64,000 nt of DNA from Desulfosudaceae bacterium (lineage in GTDB: Bacteria; Desulfobacterota; Desulfobacteria; Desulfobacterales; Desulfosudaceae), in the NCBI GenBank assembly GCA_963674745.2, contig CAXXDV010000001.1, positions 1,632,001 through 1,696,000 on the forward strand, given 5' to 3'. The translations under genes and the position numbers were made by a program. This document shows, piece by piece, positions 11,601 to 19,990 of the stretch. Under the pieces are notes generated by a model. That model saw nothing but the letters and a program-made list of their open reading frames with translations, ran no database searches and was not told where the DNA came from. Numbering within the stretch: the first letter of the stretch is position 1; each line of letters opens with the position of its first letter.

Positions 11601-11864
11601 ACCCGAAGAATCGCTGACGGCGGTCATATACAAAAGCTTGTCAAAACCCGTCATTTTTTGTTCGATGATCTGGACGACGCTGTTTTCTACCGTTTCCGCT
11701 GAAGCGCCGGGGTAAAAGGCGTCAATCGCAATGGTCGGCGGGGCGATCGGCGGGTACTGCGAGATCGGCAGGTTGTAAATGGCCAATGCCCCCACGATCA
11801 TCATGATAATGGCGATTACCCAGGCAAAAACCGGACGGTCGAGAAAAAATTTTGAAAGCATCAC
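8688..11864 (-). CDS. RND efflux permease (HAE1, AcrB/MexB family)
   Basis: 1058 aa; FFLDRPVFAWVIAI, ISQYPPIAPP, GLLVDDAIVVVENVER, KNAILIV, RLRPIVMTSMAF. Confidence 0.96.
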   Translation of the reverse strand: MMLSKFFLDRPVFAWVIAIIMMIVGALAIYNLPISQYPPIAPPTIAIDAFYPGASAETVENSVVQIIEQKMTGFDKLLYMTAVSDSSGAGRLELTFAPGTDPDQAWTEVQNKLNLAMSSLPDVIQRQGVKVSKSTRNWLMIVGLISEDGSMNGDDLRDYAQSKLETVLARVPGVGEVNSFGTQYAMRIWLDPDKLTDYQLTISDVISSLKRYNAEVSAGQFGGLPAVEGQRLNTTIIVQNMLETPEEFAEVPIRIRPDGSIIRVKDVGWTELGAERYDTDALNNGNPTAAMAVRLAAGANALKTADAVREKMVELSNYFPPGMKVIYPYDTTPFVRVAIEEVVKTLFEAIILVFLVMFLFLGNFRATLIPTLAVPVVILGTFAVLGLFNYSINMLTMFAMVLAIGLLVDDAIVVVENVERVMQDEGLGPREATAKSMEEITSALIGIGLVLAAVFGPMAFFGGSTGVIYRQFSVTLISAMLLSVLVALILTPVLCASLLKPVGKGHAVSDVGFRMFQPFFRWFNRNFNRIRDGYRNMVGGILNHKISFFIIYLLIVGGLFYLFGKMPTAYLPDEDQGMMMIQAELPTGSTMEQTEKVMDEIRAYLMEDEKEAVDSALTLVGRGFAGVAQNMGLGFIRLKDWDLRDRPELKVKALVERAMGRFAQIRNARIFAFAPPAVVELGMANGFDFQLQDRGGLGHAALMNARNQLLGMAWADKRLTRVRPNGMADVPEYRVNVDWERAGVLGVPIDAINHTISAAFGGSYVNDFIQGGRVKKVFVQADAPKRMLPSDIDRLYVRNTAGEMTPFTAFASGSWSYGSPRLERFNSFPSMNIQGEAAPGRSTGEAMAIMEDFVSRLPKDIGYDWSGISYQERMAKSQTGLLYAFSMIVIFLCLAALYESWTVPISIMLALPLGVIGGVAASMIRGFPNDVYFQIGMLTVLGLTTKNAILIVQFAMHRVKSGMGLVEATLEGARLRLRPIVMTSMAFGFGVLPLAMATGAGAGAQTAIGTGVLGGMLTATFLAIFFIPLFYVTVVKLFGKKKSTQMSVPEAGISAEAR

Positions 11865-13063
11865 TCGCCTCCGTCTTCGGCTTTTTCAGGTGCCGGCGCG
11901 GCGGACCCCATGGGAACGGCCTTGACCTGAGCCCCCGGTCTGAGATTCAGCCGGCCTTCCACAATGACCCGGTCTCCGGCGGACAGGCCATCCATGACCA
12001 GCCACCGGTCTCCCAGCGCCCGATCCAGTTTCAGGAGCCGTTGTTGAACCGTGCCGGTTTCATCCACCACCAGGGCGAATGCTTCGCCCTTGGGGTTGCG
12101 GCTGACGCCTTCCTGGGGCGCCAGAATGGCGTCGGTAAGAAGGCCTTCTGAGATCACCGCCCGGGCGTACATGCCGGGCAAAAGAAGTAAGTCCGGGTTC
12201 GGCACCACGATGCGCATGGTGTAGGAACCGGTGGCCGGGTCGACGGTCACATCCCGGAATTGCAGCTTGCCTTCAATCGGATAGGGGGTTCCGTCTTCCA
12301 GAATTATGGCTGCCTTTTTGGCGTCCTGGCTGTCCGGGCTGATGCGGCCGGTTTCCAGCCCCCGTTTTAGACGAAGCAGTTCGGCCGAAGACTGGGTGAC
12401 ATCCACATAAATCGGATCCAGCTGCTGGATGGTCGCCAGGGCCATGGGCTGATAAGCCGTTACCATTGCCCCGTCGGTCACGCTGGATTTGCCGATACGG
12501 CCGGAAATCGGTGCCGTGACCCGGGTGTACGCCAGGTTGATACGAGCGGTTTCCACCACCGCCTGCCAATACTGAATCTGGGCCAGCGCCTTGCTAACGG
12601 CCGCGGCCGCGTCATCATAGTCCTGCTGGCTGACAGCCTTGTCGTCAAGCAGTTCCCGGTATCGTTCGGCACGGGCCTTTGTAGACGGCAGGTTGGCTTC
12701 GGCTACGGCCAGAGACGCCAGGGCGGAATCCAGGGCCGCCTGAAACTGGGCCGGGTCGATCTGATAAAGTGGCTGGCCGGCTTTGACCTCCGAGCCTTCC
12801 CGGAACTGTCGTTTGAGTATGATTCCGCTTACCTGTGGTCTGACTTCCGCTATCAGGTAAGCGGATGTGCGGCCCGGCAGTTCACTGGTCAATTCAACCT
12901 TTTGCGAGGCGATGGTCTCGACACCCACTTCCGGAACACGTGCGGCCGCCATATCCTGTTTTTCGCTCTCTTTCTGGCAGCCGGTCAGCCCTGATAAAGC
13001 GGCCAGAATCACCAGAGGCCATATCCACTTGAAGGGTTTAAGGTCATTTTTATTAAAGCGCAT
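11861..13063 (-). CDS. RND periplasmic adaptor subunit (AcrA/MexA family)
   Basis: Lipobox LTGC; ELPGRTSAYLIAEVRPQVSGII; APISGRIGKS; SD GGGAGA before ATG 13063. Confidence 0.93.
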   Translation of the reverse strand: MRFNKNDLKPFKWIWPLVILAALSGLTGCQKESEKQDMAAARVPEVGVETIASQKVELTSELPGRTSAYLIAEVRPQVSGIILKRQFREGSEVKAGQPLYQIDPAQFQAALDSALASLAVAEANLPSTKARAERYRELLDDKAVSQQDYDDAAAAVSKALAQIQYWQAVVETARINLAYTRVTAPISGRIGKSSVTDGAMVTAYQPMALATIQQLDPIYVDVTQSSAELLRLKRGLETGRISPDSQDAKKAAIILEDGTPYPIEGKLQFRDVTVDPATGSYTMRIVVPNPDLLLLPGMYARAVISEGLLTDAILAPQEGVSRNPKGEAFALVVDETGTVQQRLLKLDRALGDRWLVMDGLSAGDRVIVEGRLNLRPGAQVKAVPMGSAAPAPEKAEDGGE

Positions 13064-13114
13064 CAAAATCTCCCACATTACGATAATAAATGTTGTCCAT
13101 GTCAGTCGCATGAT

Positions 13115-13747
13115 TTATTGCGGGCTGAGCAGGGGGTTTAAAAATATATCCAGAATAACGTCCGGGTCCTCGGGAAAAGGGTTGCGTTCAGGTGACTCAA
13201 GCCAGCGCAGCAGAAAGCCGTCAATAACGCTGTCCAGGGCCACGGCCAGGGCATGCGGGTCGGCAATTTTTTGAAACAGACCGCTTTTTATCCCGTTTCC
13301 AAAAACAAGTGCCAATTGCTCCAGAAATGCGTCCATCCGCTTTCGTAAGGCGTCATCCAGACCGGCCTTGGAATTGTAGCTCGCCCCTTTGCTTTCGGCC
13401 AGAAAGAGGCGGACAAAGGGCAGATTGCTCCGGAACATATCGACGTGGAGACGAACAAAATTTCTTAGTTTTTCGATTTCGTCACCGGGCCCTTCCAAAG
13501 CATCCAGAAAAGCCGCTTCAAAACGGTCGCACTGCTCAATCACCAGGTCTCTATACAGACATTCCTTGTTCTGGAAAAACTTATACAGGGTGCCGATGGC
13601 AAATTCCGAAGCCTCGGCGATTTCCTGCATGGATACACTGTGGTATCCTTTTTCAGAAAAAAGACTCAGTGCGGCTTCGAGTATCTCCTGTCGCTGCCTC
13701 AGTTTTTCTCTTTCCCGTCTTGAAGGCTTTTCGGTTTTCGTTGTCAC
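13115..13747 (-). CDS. TetR/AcrR family transcriptional regulator
   Basis: HTH ILEAALSLFSEKGYHSVSMQEIAEASEFAIGTLYKFFQNKE; GTG start at 13747 after GGAGAGG and downstream of the predicted promoter. Confidence 0.9.
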   Translation of the reverse strand: MTTKTEKPSRREREKLRQRQEILEAALSLFSEKGYHSVSMQEIAEASEFAIGTLYKFFQNKECLYRDLVIEQCDRFEAAFLDALEGPGDEIEKLRNFVRLHVDMFRSNLPFVRLFLAESKGASYNSKAGLDDALRKRMDAFLEQLALVFGNGIKSGLFQKIADPHALAVALDSVIDGFLLRWLESPERNPFPEDPDVILDIFLNPLLSPQ

Positions 13748-13790
13748 AGGGCCTCTCCGGCCGGCGCCTTGGATGCTGTCCGGCTGGATG

Positions 13791-13853
13791 TGAATATTGG
13801 ATTCAAAAAATGAATAAAAATTCAAATTATAAAATCGTTCTTCATAAAGTCAA
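13791..13853 (-). promoter_or_regulatory. Sigma70 promoter of the tetR-RND operon with two candidate TetR operators
   Basis: Minus-strand TTGACT (13853-13848), 16-nt spacer, TATAAT (13831-13826); palindromes TGAAT-N4-ATTCA (13811-13824) and TGAAT-N5-ATTCA (13791-13805) just downstream. Confidence 0.6.
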
Positions 13854-14058
13854 GGAGAAACTATCCGGCCTTCTTTGCCGTTGCTTTTGAACCAAAACTT
13901 GCTCAACCCCTGTCGTTTCCTGTCGGATCTGGAAGCGCCTGTCGGAAGTGGCAATTATTAACGAATCATAATTTCCTATGGTTAGAGAAAAATAACGCTG
14001 TCGCAAGGGCATCGACCGGGGGCTGGCTGCTAAATTCTACTTATACACTATGGAAATC

Positions 14059-14087
14059 TTGACGATTGTTAAAGTTAAACGTATAAT
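14059..14087 (+). promoter_or_regulatory. Near-consensus sigma70 promoter upstream of the candidate selenoprotein gene
   Basis: TTGACG, 17-nt spacer, TATAAT. Confidence 0.7.
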
Positions 14088-14225
14088 ATAAAAATTTGTT
14101 GTTCCGGCTTTGGGCAGGCCTTCAGGATTACATAAATGTTTGTATGTAATCGGATGTTGACATCATGAGTGTAGCAAGGTTTAATCCTCGCCGGTGCCAA
14201 GTTACTTAACAGAGGAGGAAAATAC

Positions 14226-15245
14226 ATGTCTGTAAAACGTTTTCTGCAAACCCATCTGAAACATTTCGCCTGTTACACGATTCTGCTTCTGGCATGCGCC
14301 TTGTTGGTTATGCCGGACTCTGCAAAGGCTGCTTGAGGAAACCCTAGGCTGACCGTGAATGTCAGCCCGGCCGAAGGCGGTGATGTTACCTCACCGCAAT
14401 TCGATACTCCTGATGGATATCCGGTTAATTTTACTTGCAGTGTTGATTATGTCCTTACAGCAGAACCAGAGGCCGCTTACGTGTTTAAAAATTGGGTCAT
14501 TAATGGTATGACGTCAACCGTGAACCCCTTATCAATAACTGTTGCCGACGGTGAAAAATCCGTAACAGCGGTTTTCCGAATTCCGGGAACCGAAAATAAC
14601 CCGCCGACGGCGGATGCGGGGGCTGATCAAACCGTCATCGAAAAGCAAGAGGTAACACTGGATGGCTCTGGTTCTTTTGATCCGGATGGTAAAATTAGCA
14701 GCTATCTCTGGGAGCAGATCGGCGGCGCCATTGTTAGTTTGTCCAATGACAAAGCTGTTTCGCCGAAGTTTACAGCCATGGAAATCCTCTCTGATACAGA
14801 AACCGAGGTTCTGACATTTAGATTGACGGTTGAAGATTTTGACGGCGCAACCGATATTGATACGGTTACGATTACTGTCAGAGACTCCGGCAATGATCCG
14901 CCGGTGGCCGATGCCGGGGAGGACCAGACGGTTATTCAGCGATATGTCGTGACGCTGGATGGGTCCGGGTCGACAGACCCAAACGGAGTAGATGATATCG
15001 CCAGTTATTTTTGGGAGCAGACAGAAGGTATTGCCGTCGCCTTGTCCGATACGACTGCGGTCAAACCGACCTTTACGGCTCCGGATGTTTTTGATTCCGA
15101 CCAACCGGAAAAATTGGTGTTTATGCTGACAGTGGGGGATACCGCAGACGACACTTCGGAGGATTATGTTACCATAACCGTCGAGCGCGGTCCTATCGGC
15201 GGTGACAGCAGCAACGCCGGATGTTTCGTTGGAACCATGAGGTGA
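14226..15245 (+). CDS. Probable secreted selenoprotein: signal peptide, Sec37, InlB-B-repeat-like domain, two PKD/K319L-like domains, C-terminal GCF motif
   Basis: SD AGAGGAGG; MSVKRFLQTHLKHFACYTILLLACALLVMPDSAKAA-[TGA 14334-14336]-GNPRLTVNVSPAEGGDVTSPQF is in frame with ORF 14355..15245; the TGA aligns with Cys36 of the paralog; read-through length 339 aa equals the paralog; SECIS-like hairpin follows. Confidence 0.8.
14337..14367 (+). promoter_or_regulatory. Candidate bacterial SECIS element
   Basis: Starts 10 nt after the UGA: perfect 7-bp stem GGCTGAC (14347-14353)/GTCAGCC (14361-14367), loop CGTGAAT with G in second position; apical loop 17 nt from the UGA. Confidence 0.7.
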
Positions 15246-15436
15246 GGATTTTATCTTTTTTTGCCGTTTATGGCCTGACTTCAGGGATATCTCCGGCCTG
15301 TGACGGGATCGTCACGGGCCGGTCAATCCTTGTGGCCTTTTTTCACAAACCGGTTTCGGCCGGGATGCCCTTCCTCGGTTTTTTTCGCGGTCTGATACGC
15401 GTCCATTATTTTTTTTCAAAAAAAACACAATGGTAT

Positions 15437-15465
15437 TTGCAATCCTGGGTAACGTGCGATAGAAT
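15437..15465 (+). promoter_or_regulatory. Putative sigma70 promoter of the Cys paralog
   Basis: TTGCAA, 17-nt spacer, TAGAAT. Confidence 0.5.
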
Positions 15466-15572
15466 TTTTTGACACACATCTCCTGCCGGGCCGGTAATTT
15501 TTTGCCTGCCGCCAGAGGTGGAAAAAGGGGAGCGCAACACAACGAAAGACGTCGGCAAGAGGAGGGAAAGAT

Positions 15573-16592
15573 ATGGGCCATAAACCTTTTTTGATAAGCA
15601 GCCTGGGGTTTTTTCAATGCGTTTTTGTGCTTCTGGCCGGACTTGTTTTGATGCTGCCCGGCCATGCTGAAGCAGCTTGTCAATGTGAACTTCACGTCAG
15701 GGTCAACCCTGCAGGAAGCGGAAATATTACCTCCCCCCAGTTTCCGACCAACCCGACCAGATATCCGTCAGTTTTTGTCTCAAGTAACCAGTACAGGCTA
15801 ACAGCTGTTCCGCAGGAAGGGTATGTGTTCGTAAATTGGGAGGTGAATTACACGACCAACCCCAACAACCCGATTAATGTATCAATAGAAACTGAAGGGC
15901 AAAAAACCGTTACGGCTTTTTTTCAAAGAGCTGAGGAAATTCCGAACCTTCCTCCAACCGCTGACGCCGGTCAGGACCAATCCGTCATTGAAGGTGAGTT
16001 GGCAACACTGGACGGCTCCGGTTCTGTTGATCCGGATGACGGTATAAGCAGTTATTTCTGGCAGCAGATTGCAGGCGTTGACGTGACGCTTTCCGACCCA
16101 TCAGCCATAAACCCCGGGTTCACGGCTCCGCCGGTATCGTCGAATCCGTTAACATTAAAATTTCGCCTGACCGTTGAAGACAATAGCGGTGCGGTTGATA
16201 TTGATGATGTTACCGTTACCGCTTTAGAGGCAGACAATGTGCCGCCGACTGCTGATGCGGGTGACAATCAGACCGTTACCCAGAGAAGCATGGTAACATT
16301 GGATGCTTCCGGTTCTTTTGATGCCAATGGAAACGATGATATAAAAACGTATTTTTGGGAACAAACCATGGGCACCAGGGTGCCCCTGTCAGACAACACG
16401 GCCGTTAAGCCGACTTTCAGGGCGCCTGAAATATCCTTTGGGGACACCCTGTCACTGGAATTTCGGCTGACATTGGAGGATGCTCTCGGCACTAAGGCTC
16501 AAGACAGGGTCCAGGTCGTTGTCGTTCCAGACGCCGTCAGTGGCGGCAGTGGAGGCAGTTCGGGTTGTTTTATTTCCAGTGTCGTCCATTAA
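15573..16592 (+). CDS. Secreted PKD/K319L-domain protein, Cys-containing paralog of 14226..15245
   Basis: SD GAGGAGG; signal peptide ending AEA then ACQC; two PPTADAG.DQ.V...TLD.SGS.D domains; ends GGSGGSSGCFISSVVH. Confidence 0.88.
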   Translation: MGHKPFLISSLGFFQCVFVLLAGLVLMLPGHAEAACQCELHVRVNPAGSGNITSPQFPTNPTRYPSVFVSSNQYRLTAVPQEGYVFVNWEVNYTTNPNNPINVSIETEGQKTVTAFFQRAEEIPNLPPTADAGQDQSVIEGELATLDGSGSVDPDDGISSYFWQQIAGVDVTLSDPSAINPGFTAPPVSSNPLTLKFRLTVEDNSGAVDIDDVTVTALEADNVPPTADAGDNQTVTQRSMVTLDASGSFDANGNDDIKTYFWEQTMGTRVPLSDNTAVKPTFRAPEISFGDTLSLEFRLTLEDALGTKAQDRVQVVVVPDAVSGGSGGSSGCFISSVVH

Positions 16593-16729
16593 GACAACGG
16601 GTTACCCCGTATCACCGGCTAATTAATGTCGACCTGTTTGTAAAATAGCCGCTCGATTTATCCCAAAAACGGAAGTAAAAGGGGACGGTTAATCAAAGCT
16701 GTCTGAATGGCTGTTTTTTCAAAAGATTT

Positions 16730-18085
16730 TTGTCCATGAAAAAAACCGTAAAAACCCGCCCGGCCATAATAGCGCGCAGCAAAAGTTTTATTGAAACAGA
16801 GATCTGGAGACTCCGCCTCAAGGATATAGAGGGGAAAAAAGGGGCGTCGGTCAAAAGTTTAAGAATTCTGCTCATCGCGATAAAAGAGTTTATTGCTGAT
16901 CAATGCGCTTTGCGTGCGTCCGCACTGACGTTATATTCGCTTCTTTCCATTGTTCCGGTTATCGCTATGGCCTTTGCCATCGCCAAGGGCTTCGGGGTCC
17001 AGAATATGCTGGAAAAAGAACTGCTGGGGCAATTTGCCGGACAGGAGGAGGTGCTTAACAAAATAATCGAATATGCCCGCACGCTTCTGGAGCAGACCAA
17101 GGGCGGATTGTTGGCCGGCATCGGTGCCGCCACCCTGCTATGGTCGGTGCTCAAAGTAATGACCAATATCGAAAAATGTTTTAATGTGGTCTGGGCCAAC
17201 ACCACCCCCCGCGCGCTGGGAAAAAAGTTCAGTGACTATCTCTCCATTATTCTGGTAACCCCGCTGTTGCTGATTATGTCCGGCAGTGCCACGGTTCTGG
17301 TCGTCAGCGAAGTCACTACGATAACGGAAAAAATCGCGGTTTTGGGCTTTTTCAGCCCGATTATAATGTTGTTTTTAAAATTACTGCCTTACGTTGTTAT
17401 CTGGGTATTATTCACTTTTGTCTACGTGTTTATGCCCAACACCAAAGTTGCGGTCAAATCCGGCTTGATCGGTGGTATTATCGCCGGCACGGCCTTCAAA
17501 TTATTGCAATGGCTTTATATCTATTTTCAGGTCGGGGTGTCCCGCTACAATGCCATATACGGCAGTTTTGCCGCCCTGCCGCTGTTTTTGATCTGGTTGC
17601 AGCTGAGCTGGCTGATCGTCCTGTTCGGGGCCGAGCTGTCGTTCGCCCATCAGAATGTGGATGAATACGAACTGGAACCGGACAGCAGGAAAATCAGTGG
17701 CTTCCTAAGGAAGGTGATCAGTATGTCTGTTGCTCACCTTCTGGTTAAAACATTTCAGCAAGGCGAGAAACCGTTGAGCGGGGATCAGGTATCGGAAATC
17801 CTGGATATTCCGATCCGTCTGATAAAAGAGGTCCTTGATGCGCTTTCCGAAAGCGGCTTGATCACCCGAACAATTGATGAACAAGGAAAGGCCATCACCT
17901 GGCAACCGGCCAGGGACATCAACACGATCACCGTTGCCTCGGTTATTGAGACGCTGGAAAAGAGCGGCGTAAATGAGCTGCCGGTAGAACAAACACGGGA
18001 ATTCCGTCTTCTTTCTGATACCGTAACGGCCTGTTATGATGCCATTAGAACATCTCCGTCCAACATGGCGTTAAAAGACATCTGA
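16730..18085 (+). CDS. YihY/BrkB family membrane protein with C-terminal HTH-like domain
   Basis: RASALTLYSLLSIVP, YVFMPNTKV, YNAIYGSFAALPLFLIWLQLSWLIVLFGAE. Confidence 0.9.
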   Translation: MSMKKTVKTRPAIIARSKSFIETEIWRLRLKDIEGKKGASVKSLRILLIAIKEFIADQCALRASALTLYSLLSIVPVIAMAFAIAKGFGVQNMLEKELLGQFAGQEEVLNKIIEYARTLLEQTKGGLLAGIGAATLLWSVLKVMTNIEKCFNVVWANTTPRALGKKFSDYLSIILVTPLLLIMSGSATVLVVSEVTTITEKIAVLGFFSPIIMLFLKLLPYVVIWVLFTFVYVFMPNTKVAVKSGLIGGIIAGTAFKLLQWLYIYFQVGVSRYNAIYGSFAALPLFLIWLQLSWLIVLFGAELSFAHQNVDEYELEPDSRKISGFLRKVISMSVAHLLVKTFQQGEKPLSGDQVSEILDIPIRLIKEVLDALSESGLITRTIDEQGKAITWQPARDINTITVASVIETLEKSGVNELPVEQTREFRLLSDTVTACYDAIRTSPSNMALKDI

Positions 18086-18201
18086 AAAAACACTCCCCCC
18101 TCTTGACACCGTTTTCCTGATTATTATTATTTTTAATAAAGAAACCGGTGAACTTATAAGGCACCATTATAATAACTAAAAAGGAAAAAGGGGGTATTAC
18201 C

Positions 18202-18645
18202 ATGATTACTTTTCCGACTTTTGATCTGCGAAGTTCATTTGATGAACTTGACAGCGTGCGCCGGAGATTGGACACCCTTCTCGGCGCTGTTAAGCAGGGC
18301 GGCTACCGCCTTGCAGGAAGCGGCGTGTTTCCGTTAATCAATCTTACCGAAGATAAAGACAATTATTACTTAAGAGCGGAACTGCCCGGTGTTAAGGCGG
18401 ATGACCTGGATATTCATACCACACAGAATGATATCGTTCTTGCCGGTGAACGCAAACAGGCGGAACAGGGGGAAAACGTCCGCTTTCATCGGCGTGAACG
18501 GGATATGGGGCAGTTCTCCCGGGTTGTTAAACTGCCCGGTGAGATTGATAATGATAAAATTGAGGCCCAACTGGCTTTGGGTGTGTTGACCGTTACCATA
18601 CCCAAATCCGAGGTTGCCAAGCCCCGTCAGATTCAAATCAAATAA
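18202..18645 (+). CDS. Hsp20 small heat shock protein
   Basis: FPLINLTED, AELPGV, FHRRERDMGQFSR, GVLTVTIPKSEVAKPRQIQIK. Confidence 0.93.
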   Translation: MITFPTFDLRSSFDELDSVRRRLDTLLGAVKQGGYRLAGSGVFPLINLTEDKDNYYLRAELPGVKADDLDIHTTQNDIVLAGERKQAEQGENVRFHRRERDMGQFSRVVKLPGEIDNDKIEAQLALGVLTVTIPKSEVAKPRQIQIK

Positions 18646-18680
18646 ATTTTTGATTTTTAAAAGGAAAGGAGGCGGTTATC

Positions 18681-19088
18681 ATGTCAGTTGATAAAAGTAA
18701 GGAAATGCAGGTCAAGGAAAAGCAGGAAGTCGCTTCTCCGGAGCAGACAACACCGGGCCCTTACTACACGCCGACAGTGGATATTTTCGAAACCGATAGT
18801 GCCATAACCCTGCTGGCGGATTTACCCGGGGTAAAACCCGAGGGCCTGACAATTGATCTTCGGGATAACGTGTTGACCCTGACCGGGGAAATTGCGCCGT
18901 TTGAAAACGCGAATGAGGAAGACCTGATCATTGAATATGAGGTGGGCAAATATTTTCGCCAGTTTACGATATCCAATATCATTGATCAGGAGAAAATCCA
19001 GGCGAATCTGAATGACGGTGTTTTAAACCTGATGCTGCCCAAAGCGGATAAAGCCCAACCCAGAAAAATAGCTGTAAAAAGTGCATAA
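18681..19088 (+). CDS. Hsp20 small heat shock protein
   Basis: PTVDIFET, ADLPGV, YFRQFTI, DGVLNLMLPK...QPRKIAV. Confidence 0.93.
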   Translation: MSVDKSKEMQVKEKQEVASPEQTTPGPYYTPTVDIFETDSAITLLADLPGVKPEGLTIDLRDNVLTLTGEIAPFENANEEDLIIEYEVGKYFRQFTISNIIDQEKIQANLNDGVLNLMLPKADKAQPRKIAVKSA

Positions 19089-19100
19089 CAGGTGAAATAT

Positions 19101-19143
19101 AAAAACGGGCGCAGTCGGCAACGCTGTCTGCGCCCGTTTTTTT
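19101..19143. terminator. Bidirectional intrinsic terminator
   Basis: AAAAACGGGCGCAG...CTGCGCCCGTTTTT between convergent hsp20 and PilZ genes. Confidence 0.85.
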
Positions 19144-19186
19144 GATCTGTTTAACAGGTTCGGATAAAGTGGTTTTCTCCGGCTGT

Positions 19187-19609
19187 TCAGTCTGTCAGGT
19201 GCCGGTACAGGATTTTATGGTCATCGCCGTAAATGTCCATAAACTCAACACCGATTTCATAAGCGCCTTCTTCATTGCCGGCTTTACACCAGACGACCTG
19301 AACATCGGCACGGACGGGAATCGAAGAGGCCATGAGGTACATGGGCGTGCGTCCGGCCTCGTCTTTAACCTCGGAAATTCGAATCGTGACGGTCAGGACC
19401 GTACCCGGCTCATAGGCAATATCGCTGTAAAAACACAATCCGCCCCGGCTGATGTCCTTGCCGGCCACTTCTTTTGACGTGTTGTCAGAGCCGGCACTTT
19501 CTTTTGCCCTTTTTGACACCCGGTGAGACCGGTTTTTGATATGAATTGAAAGTTGTTTGTTATACCGGGGGGCCTGCCTGCGGTCGCGGTCCTTTGAAAA
19601 GAGCCCCAT
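19187..19609 (-). CDS. PilZ domain protein
   Basis: RRQAPR and DISRGG motifs, YEIGVEF; SD GGAGA before ATG 19609. Confidence 0.88.
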   Translation of the reverse strand: MGLFSKDRDRRQAPRYNKQLSIHIKNRSHRVSKRAKESAGSDNTSKEVAGKDISRGGLCFYSDIAYEPGTVLTVTIRISEVKDEAGRTPMYLMASSIPVRADVQVVWCKAGNEEGAYEIGVEFMDIYGDDHKILYRHLTD

Positions 19610-19990
19610 GGTCTGTCTCCTGCAGATTAATGCCTCAGGTAAAAGATATGTCCTGCCTGACATAACAGTAGGCCACAGGCGGTGTTTTGAGTCAAGTTTA
19701 TAACGGGCACCTCTAAAATGTGAAGGATTCTTTACCGGTAACAATTCATAAATGTTTGTCATGTTTTTTTAAGACGATAGTGTCTCATATTTTTTATAGA
19801 ACGGGATCATTTCGACGGGTCATCGTCCGTCCCTGGCGGTTATTTTATTGCAGGCAACTGATTTTAATGATAAAACAAAAACAATCGAAAAATATCCGCT
19901 TTTTTTTCAGACTGGTACGAATTTTGATTAGATTATTTAATTATCCGTTATTTTCCCCTGTAATAGACACTGCATAAGGAGGTGAATATT

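Noticed and set aside
13748..13825. N-terminal extension of the TetR ORF
   Set aside because: Overlaps the predicted transcription start region and operators; GTG 13747 has an SD
14355..15245. ORF-track start at GTG 14355, or treating the gene as a nonsense pseudogene
   Set aside because: This start has no SD and drops the signal peptide. The upstream in-frame ATG has a strong SD, and the TGA/Cys alignment, equal length and hairpin favour Sec read-through. A pseudogene remains a less likely alternative.
15698..15711. CAGGG-TCAA-CCCTG hairpin after Cys36 of the paralog as a vestigial SECIS
   Set aside because: Only 5 bp and no G in the loop; could easily be chance
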